Below are positions 52,869 to 64,000 of a DNA stretch of 64,000 bases, piece by piece. This DNA is from Eledone cirrhosa (lineage: Eukaryota), in the NCBI GenBank assembly GCA_964016885.1, contig CAXHJY010000293.1:55298-119297 (forward strand), given 5' to 3'. Within the stretch, counting starts at the first letter, position 1. Each line of letters begins with the position of its first letter. The notes beneath the pieces are model-generated. The model did no database searches and had not been told where the DNA came from. It saw only the letters and a program-made list of their open reading frames with translations. The translations under genes were made by a program, and so were the position numbers.

Positions 52869-52907
52869 TGAACCTGAAGATTGCGAAAGCATGAAAGTAC
52901 TTGTTCA
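52869..52907 (+). ncRNA. Minimal type I hammerhead ribozyme (5' pLTR)
   Basis: TGAAC-CTGAAGA-tTGC gaaa GCAt-GAA-AGTACT-T-GTTCA. Confidence 0.88.
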
Positions 52908-53111
52908 ATTAACACTTAGAATTTAATATTCTATCATACTATTTCATTATAATACCATTATATATATTTTAAAGGATTGTAAATAAAACGAGTAAATCAG
53001 ACAAAGTTGGAATTCCTCTTATTAATATAATCTTCTATACACAATCATACACACCCGTGTATATTTACCTATCTATATCTATATATATATTCCTATTGTG
53101 TATATGCCAAC

Positions 53112-54461
53112 ATGTCTGGAAAGCAACAAATGAAACCAACAGAATCAGAAAGAATTCTAAAGGAGATATCATCGAAATTATCAACACTTATCACGATGAT
53201 GGACACACAATCCTCTATTTTAAAGGAAATAGAAAAACAATCTACAGACGGAAAACTTATAACTGAACATATAAACTCTGAAATTAAGAATTTAGCTGAA
53301 ATTATACCAACAGTTATCAAAGATACAAGAGAAAGCCTACCACAACCCCCTTGGATGTCAGAAATAAACGAAAGAAATTTGGAAAACAAAACACATCGAA
53401 TAAGAAAAGAAATGTGGAAGACATGGAAAAAATTCCTTAACATAAGAAAACAAAATTTCTGGAAAGCATACAGATGCGAAAAATATGTCGAAACACATTC
53501 GAAATGGCTCTCTCTAACGGCACCCATACTCCCTCGTAAATACCTAATTACAGAAATTGCAGGAGAACCAGAAGAAGAAACAAAACTCCGATGGGAACTT
53601 ACATTGACAAAATTCAGGACCGACATCTCCATTTCTGAATGTAAACAATCCCGCTACAAAGCCAAATATGAAGCTATTGATGACCAAATTGAAGTTGAAA
53701 TTTCAAAGCTAACGACTGGTATTATAGCTGAAAAACTACGAGAACTATGGATCGGAGATATCTCAAAAGAAGAAAACAAATCAAGAAAGGTATGGCAGCA
53801 GAAACAATTATTTCTCGATGAATATGCTGCAAATTACGGTAAAGACTCTGGAACCCTGAGAAAAAGCATTAAAAGTGGACAATCTCATCAACACAACATA
53901 CGCCAGAACACGTGCCAACACAAACACTCACCTTACCTTGAATCAAAGAAGAACTACGGTAATAACTCTTCGCTTTTTCTACAAAAACACCCTATCGCAC
54001 ACAACATGAACAAAAAGCACAAACACGATAGGTATTCCTTTGACCAGACCATGAGAAGTAGTAAAACCAGGAGATCATTCTCAAGATCTCAACAGAGACT
54101 ACCAACAAGGAATGTGGAAACAAAACGTAGAATAACCAGATCACTCTCAAGATCTCAACAGAGATTGCCCACAAGAAACTGGACGAAAAAACGATCTAAA
54201 CCTGAAAGCAAACCTAGGTCATTTTCCCAGATTGTTAAAAATAATGCTAACAGGAAGAAAAATAATATACAGAATACCAAAAATAGGACAAAATACATAA
54301 CGAAACCAAATATAATATCACGACCAAAAGTTCATCAAGCGAACACCAACAGGAATATAAATCCTGAACAGAGAAAAATTCATTTTTTAACGTCAGGACA
54401 ACAAAAACCGGAAAAAGAAAAACTCCAGGAGGAAACATACCCAAAACAGCTGTACACGTAG
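53112..54461 (+). CDS. PLE ORF1, 449 aa: helical/coiled-coil-like N-terminal half and very basic low-complexity C-terminal half
   Basis: Intact long ORF directly after the 5' pLTR; E/K-rich helical pattern followed by a K/R/S/N-rich tail with duplicated RSxSRSQQRLPTRN; function inferred only. Confidence 0.85.
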   Translation: MSGKQQMKPTESERILKEISSKLSTLITMMDTQSSILKEIEKQSTDGKLITEHINSEIKNLAEIIPTVIKDTRESLPQPPWMSEINERNLENKTHRIRKEMWKTWKKFLNIRKQNFWKAYRCEKYVETHSKWLSLTAPILPRKYLITEIAGEPEEETKLRWELTLTKFRTDISISECKQSRYKAKYEAIDDQIEVEISKLTTGIIAEKLRELWIGDISKEENKSRKVWQQKQLFLDEYAANYGKDSGTLRKSIKSGQSHQHNIRQNTCQHKHSPYLESKKNYGNNSSLFLQKHPIAHNMNKKHKHDRYSFDQTMRSSKTRRSFSRSQQRLPTRNVETKRRITRSLSRSQQRLPTRNWTKKRSKPESKPRSFSQIVKNNANRKKNNIQNTKNRTKYITKPNIISRPKVHQANTNRNINPEQRKIHFLTSGQQKPEKEKLQEETYPKQLYT

Positions 54462-56695
54462 ATCCTAAAATAATTAATTTATCTAAAAGAGATCTTGACA
54501 ATGATGAAATGCAAATTCTGTCAAAAGGACTGAAATTCACACCGACTCCAACAGTCAACCACCAAGAACTGAAGGAGGATACCCAAGAATTCTGTCGAAA
54601 ATTACGTCTTGTAGAATTCTTCGCTGATAAAAATAATGAGAGTGATGAATCACTAGTAAAGAATAAATCAAATTTCACTCCGCCAAAAGGAAGAAATATC
54701 TATCTCGACCAATACATTGACATCCTGTCTAAATTTCCTCTTAGACATAATACTAATGTTAGGCCAAACATTAACAAATCAGAAATGTCTGCACTTAAAC
54801 GTATACAAAATGATAAAACAATAATAATTAAACAAGCAGATAAAGGGGGTGCAGTTGTTATAATGGATACTGAATACTACAAGGATTTGGTTGAGGAACA
54901 ACTGAAAGACACAACATTCTATCATGAAATACCGTCAAATATAGACCACAACATCATGAAGAAGATCAACAACCTGGCTTCAAAATACCACAACTCATTT
55001 ACTGATAAGGAAAGAGACTACATCACCAATTTTGAGCCGAAACCCAGCAACCTGTATGGCCTACCGAAAGTTCACAAGTCAAAAGAAATACAACTGGCAG
55101 TAAGAGAACAAAACAGTGAGTACATTAAATTATTACACCCAAAAGACTTAAAACTTAGACCTATTATAGCTGGTCCAACATGCCCCACTCACCGTCTAAG
55201 CAATTTTGTTGACATTATTTTGAAACCACTATGTATTCACATACCCAGTTTCATCCGGGATGATATCGACTTCCTGTCCCATCTTCCCAAAACCACGGAA
55301 ACGAATTCACTTCTACTCAGTTTTGATGTGGTAAGCCTTTACACCAACATTACACATGATTTAGGAATAAAGGCGGTTAAATACTGGGTGGAAAAACATA
55401 GAGAAGTGATTCCCATTAGATTCACAGCGCCATTTATATTAGACGCAGTTAAACTTATTCTGGAAAACAACACTTTCTTCTTCAATGGAAAGAATTACAT
55501 CCAAATTAGAGGCACAGCGATGGGAACGAAGTTTGCTCCCGTTTACGCGAACTCTGTAATGGGATACTTAGAACAACAACTCTACCAAGAAATAGAGGAA
55601 AAATATAGTACTGACTTTAGAAAGTACATTGAAAAATCTTGGAAGAGATACCTTGACGACTGTTTCATCATCTGGACAGAATCTCTAGATACTCTGGATG
55701 AGTTCAATATCCTCCTGAATAACCTACACCCATCTCTCCAATTCACAAAAGAGATGAGTAGGACCAAATTACCATTCCTAGATATAATGATAATCAAAAA
55801 CGACACCACCATTACCACGGATATATATTATAAACACACAGACACCCATCAATATCTGAATTTTAAGTCGTGCCATCCACCTCATACAAAACGCAACATC
55901 CCATACTGCCTAGCCAGAAGAATTTGTACCATTGTAGAAGATACGAATACCAGGTACAAACGCCTAACAGAACTAAGAGAATTTTTGCTCAAACAAAAAT
56001 ACCCATCTCTACTTATAGAAAATGGCATACAGCGGGCTATAAAAATACCTATACAACAACTTAGAACAACCCAAAGAAGAAGAAACCAAGAACTGGTCAT
56101 ACCATTTATAATGACACACAACCCATGTCACCAGAATATCTTCAACACTGCCAAAGCAAACCTACCGATCATTGCTCAAAGTAATGAATTAAAAGGCTTA
56201 ATCACAGATCGATCTTTGACTCTTAGTAAAAGACAGCCAAAAAATTTGAAGCAATTGCTAACAAAAGCAAAGTTTGACCTTAACAACAAAGACCAATCAT
56301 TCACTGTATCTAAATGCAATGATAATCGATGCGGCACATGTCAATCCATACACGCCGGTCAATATATGAAAACAAAAACTGGAAAAATATTCACAAATGC
56401 AAATATGAACTGCAAAAGCAGAAATCTAATTTACTGCATTAAATGCCCGAATTGTGAAGAACTATATGTCGGTCAAACTGGAAATGCACTATCGGAACGT
56501 GCACGGGTACACCGTCAACAAATCAGAGACCCAAATGTCCGTCAGATACCCCTAAGCGGCCACCTGGCAACATGTGGTCAGGGAATATTTATAATATTCC
56601 CATTCTACAAATTACACAGCCCAAATGAAATCAAGAGAAAAATCAAAGAAAAGAATTTTATTGATAAATTCAAACCCAAGCTAAATGAACAATAA
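54368..56695 (+). CDS. PLE reverse transcriptase plus Cys linker plus GIY-YIG endonuclease (frame open from 54368; first ATG at 54509)
   Basis: IINLS..KGLKFTP, ADKGGAVVIM, YGLPKVHK, LRPII, SFDVVSLYTNI, GTAMG, RYLDD, LPFLD, CNDNRCGTC, LIYCIKCPNCEELYVGQT. Confidence 0.96.
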   Translation, partial: TEKNSFFNVRTTKTGKRKTPGGNIPKTAVHVDPKIINLSKRDLDNDEMQILSKGLKFTPTPTVNHQELKEDTQEFCRKLRLVEFFADKNNESDESLVKNKSNFTPPKGRNIYLDQYIDILSKFPLRHNTNVRPNINKSEMSALKRIQNDKTIIIKQADKGGAVVIMDTEYYKDLVEEQLKDTTFYHEIPSNIDHNIMKKINNLASKYHNSFTDKERDYITNFEPKPSNLYGLPKVHKSKEIQLAVREQNSEYIKLLHPKDLKLRPIIAGPTCPTHRLSNFVDIILKPLCIHIPSFIRDDIDFLSHLPKTTETNSLLLSFDVVSLYTNITHDLGIKAVKYWVEKHREVIPIRFTAPFILDAVKLILENNTFFFNGKNYIQIRGTAMGTKFAPVYANSVMGYLEQQLYQEIEEKYSTDFRKYIEKSWKRYLDDCFIIWTESLDTLDEFNILLNNLHPSLQFTKEMSRTKLPFLDIMIIKNDTTITTDIYYKHTDTHQYLNFKSCHPPHTKRNIPYCLARRICTIVEDTNTRYKRLTELREFLLKQKYPSLLIENGIQRAIKIPIQQLRTTQRRRNQELVIPFIMTHNPCHQNIFNTAKANLPIIAQSNELKGLITDRSLTLSKRQPKNLKQLLTKAKFDLNNKDQSFTVSKCNDNRCGTCQSIHAGQYMKTKTGKIFTNANMNCKSRNLIYCIKCPNCEELYVGQTGNALSERARVHRQQIRDPNVRQIPLSGHLATCGQGIFIIFPFYKLHSPNEIKRKIKEKNFIDKFKPKLNEQ
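54383..54389 (+). promoter_or_regulatory. Candidate -1 programmed ribosomal frameshift slippery site T_TTT_TTA
   Basis: Correctly phased in the ORF1 frame (caT TTT TTA) and inside the 54368-54461 overlap with the -1 RT frame. Confidence 0.6.
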
Positions 56696-57070
56696 TAACG
56701 CCTAGGGGTATTACTTCTACTACCACTATGACCACGACCACTAACAACAACAACAACAACAATAATAATAATAATAAAAGTGATGTTGATGGTGATGATT
56801 AATAGAAAATGCTATTTTCATCATTTCAAAAAAGCAAAACAATTGATACGTTGGATATGACTATTGGTCGTTAGCATGCTCAACCAGCCGTGACGCTTAA
56901 ACCAATCAGCTGTAGTAATTCAGTGAAACTACACACTGATTGGTCGAAATACAGTTTACAGGGCTTTGCATTCTGGAGCCACTTTTCTCTGTATAAAATG
57001 TATAAAAGGTAGGAAATTTACCCATCTCATTACAGTTGAAAATTGCAAACTCGACTGTCACCACATATCA

Positions 57071-57109
57071 TGAACCTGAAGATTGCGAAAGCATGAAAGT
57101 ACTTGTTCA
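57071..57109 (+). ncRNA. Minimal type I hammerhead ribozyme (3' pLTR)
   Basis: Identical to 52869-52907. Confidence 0.88.
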
Positions 57110-57298
57110 ATTAACACTTAGAATTTAATATTCTATCATACTATTTCATTATAATACCATTATATATATTTTAAAGGATTGTAAATAAAACGAGTAAATC
57201 AGACAAAGTTGGAATTCCTCTTATTAATATAATCTTCTATACACAATCATACACACCCATGTATATTTACCTATCTATATCTATATATATATATATAC

Positions 57299-57363
<65 letters not shown>

Positions 57364-57406
57364 CATATATATATATACATATATATATATACATATATAT
57401 ATATAC

Positions 57407-57446
<40 letters not shown>

Positions 57447-57631
57447 ACATATATATATATACATATATATATACATATATATATATACATATATATATAT
57501 ACATATATATATACATATATATATATACATATATATATATATACATATATATATATACATATATATATATACGTATATATATATACGTATATATATATAC
57601 ATATATATATATACATATATATATATACATA

Positions 57632-57814
57632 TATGGAAAGTTATATTTAAATTGTTGGGTTAACACATATATATATACATATATATATACATATATATAT
57701 ACATATATATATACATATATATATACATATATATATACATATATATATACATATATATATACATATATATATATATATACATATATATATACATATATAT
57801 ATACATATATATAC

Positions 57815-57901
<87 letters not shown>

Positions 57902-58182
57902 CATATATATATATACATACATATATATATATACATACATATATATATACATACATATATATATATACATACATATATATATATACATACATATATATAT
58001 ATAATATACATACATATATATATACATACATATATATATATACATACATATATATATACATACATATATATATATACATACATATATATATATACATACA
58101 TATATATATATATACATACATATATATATACATACATATATATATATATACATACATATATATATATATACATACATATATA

Positions 58183-58250
<68 letters not shown>

Positions 58251-58343
58251 CATACATATATATACATATACATATATATATATACATACATATATATATA
58301 CATACATATATATATATATACATACATATATATATATACATAC

Positions 58344-58374
<31 letters not shown>

Positions 58375-58547
58375 CATATATATATATATACATATATATA
58401 TATACATATATATATATATACATATATATATATACATATATACATATATGGAAAGTTATATTTAAATTGTTGGGTTAACACATATATATATATATACATA
58501 TATATATACATATATGGAAAGTTATATTTAAATTGTTGGGTTAACAC
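57632..58547. repeat. Three copies of a ~33-bp unit ATGGAAAGTTATATTTAAATTGTTGGGTTAACAC in the (TA/TACA)n matrix
   Basis: Copies near 57632, 58447 and 58514. Confidence 0.9.
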
Positions 58548-58559
58548 ATATATATATAC

Positions 58560-58606
<47 letters not shown>

Positions 58607-58639
58607 CATATATATATACATACATATATATATACATAC

Positions 58640-58798
<159 letters not shown>

Positions 58799-58809
58799 CA
58801 TATATATAC

Positions 58810-58876
<67 letters not shown>

Positions 58877-58881
58877 CATAC

Positions 58882-59028
<147 letters not shown>

Positions 59029-59030
59029 CA

Positions 59031-59062
<32 letters not shown>

Positions 59063-59123
59063 CATATATATATACATACATATATATATACATACATATA
59101 TATATACATACATATATATATAC

Positions 59124-59210
<87 letters not shown>

Positions 59211-59261
59211 CATATATATATACATATATATATATACATATATATATACATATATATATAC

Positions 59262-59306
<45 letters not shown>

Positions 59307-59361
59307 TATATACATATATATATATATATACATATATATATACATATATATATATATATAC

Positions 59362-59414
<53 letters not shown>

Positions 59415-59583
59415 TATACATACATATATATATATACATATATATATACATATATATATATACATATATATATATACATATATATATACATATATATATA
59501 CATACATATATACATACATATATATATATATACATATATATATACATATATATATACATATATATATACATATATATATACAT

Positions 59584-60543
59584 ATCATCATCATCATCAT
59601 CATCATTTTACGTCCGCTTTTCCCTGCTTGCAAGGGTGGGACGGGTCTTATTCAGCATCTCTCCACTCGTCACGGTCCCTCGTCATCTCCACCGTGAGCT
59701 TCAATGATCTGAGGTCTGTTCTCACCACCTCCGCCCATGTTTTTCGTGGTCTACCTCTACCACGTCTTCCTTCAACTGGCATTTCCTGGCACTTCTTCAC
59801 CCATCGGTCATCCTCCATGCGCATCACATGTCCATACCACCTCAGTCTCCTCTCCCGTACACTACATTCTATCCCTCTCAGACACAGTTTCTCTCTCAAC
59901 ACATTTATGCTGGGTCGTTCACGCACATTTACACTGCACATCCAACGGAGCATGCTTGCCTCATTTCTCTCCAGCCGTCGCATATCTTCTGCGGTAGCTG
60001 CCCATGTCTCACTACCATGCAGCATCGCGCTCCTCACACAGGCATCATACAACCGGCCTTTCGTACGCAGGGAGAAACCCTTCTTCGTCAACAGAGGAAG
60101 CAGCTCCCTAAACTTCTTCCAACCCGTCCTTATTCTAGATACTATGGCCTCGGAACACCCTCCTCCCATGCTAATCTGATCTCCTAGGTACCGGAAGCTA
60201 TCCACCACTTCTATAGCGCCCTCTCGCATTTGAAAAATGTGTCTATCAGTGCGACTTCTACTGTCTAATTTCCCTGTACATCTACTGCATACATATTTCT
60301 CCCTACCTGTTAGTTTGCCTGCTATCCCGCTACATCTCTTGTGTACCCAGGACCTACATTGTGTGCATTTTATAGAATTTATGCCAGTTCCTTTTCTGCA
60401 TATCGAACATGGCCATTTCCCTGACGGAATCAGGGTTTTGTCCTCTTTTCTACTCATCAACACTTTTGTCTTAGCTAGATTTACTCTCAGTCCTCTTGCT
60501 TCCAACTGCTGTTTCCATAGCCGGAATTTATTCTCTAGCTCCT
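59584..60543 (-). mobile_element. 5'-truncated RTE-like LINE of a third family, with a PHD-like Cys cluster in the RT C-terminal region and a (GAT)n tail
   Basis: [59 protein letters not shown]; 3' (GAT)n. Confidence 0.92.

Positions 60544-64000
<3,457 letters not shown>

Larger units (their letters stand above)
52255..57292 (+). mobile_element. Apparently full-length EN+ Penelope-like element (Neptune-type) in partial-tandem form; direct pseudo-LTRs 52255-53090 and 56457-57292, period 4202 bp
   Basis: 836-bp near-identical direct repeats that include the ORF 3' end, an HHR in each, an intact RT plus GIY-YIG ORF, and (TA)n flanks. Confidence 0.95.

Noticed and set aside
52255-57292. Classification as an LTR retrotransposon or as a selenoprotein-encoding Naiad
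   Set aside because: The repeats include the ORF 3' end and lack TG..CA, PBS and PPT. The endonuclease is C-terminal and the ORF has no in-frame TGA.

Overview
Eukaryotic, gene-free, repeat-saturated DNA, probably from an invertebrate (a cephalopod is a guess from composition and TE spectrum). Most of the window is degenerate (TA)n microsatellite interrupted by TATG or TACA, and the YI/IY-rich ORFs in the track are artefacts of it. Embedded in the (TA)n are about 25 retroelement insertions. (1) One apparently full-length Penelope-like element (PLE, RT plus C-terminal GIY-YIG, 52255-57292) has direct pseudo-LTRs and, unusually, an upstream 449-aa ORF1 that overlaps the RT frame at a U_UUU_UUA slippery heptamer, a candidate -1 ribosomal frameshift. 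(2) Several 5'-truncated or inverted PLE fragments. (3) Two tandem arrays of non-coding hammerhead-ribozyme units (310 bp and 530 bp; retrozyme-like) and a third 610-bp terminally redundant family in which I found no hammerhead. (4) A near-complete RTE-clade LINE with three C-terminal C2H2 fingers, a bipartite non-autonomous RTE derivative, two other RTE fragments and three CR1-like copies. (5) A non-coding LTR element. Reading both strands by eye I count 19 type I hammerhead motifs from about 11 sequence families. They include U3-A8 and U4C core variants and a set with long stem II insertions and palindromic stem III. All structures and family assignments were made by eye, with no database search.
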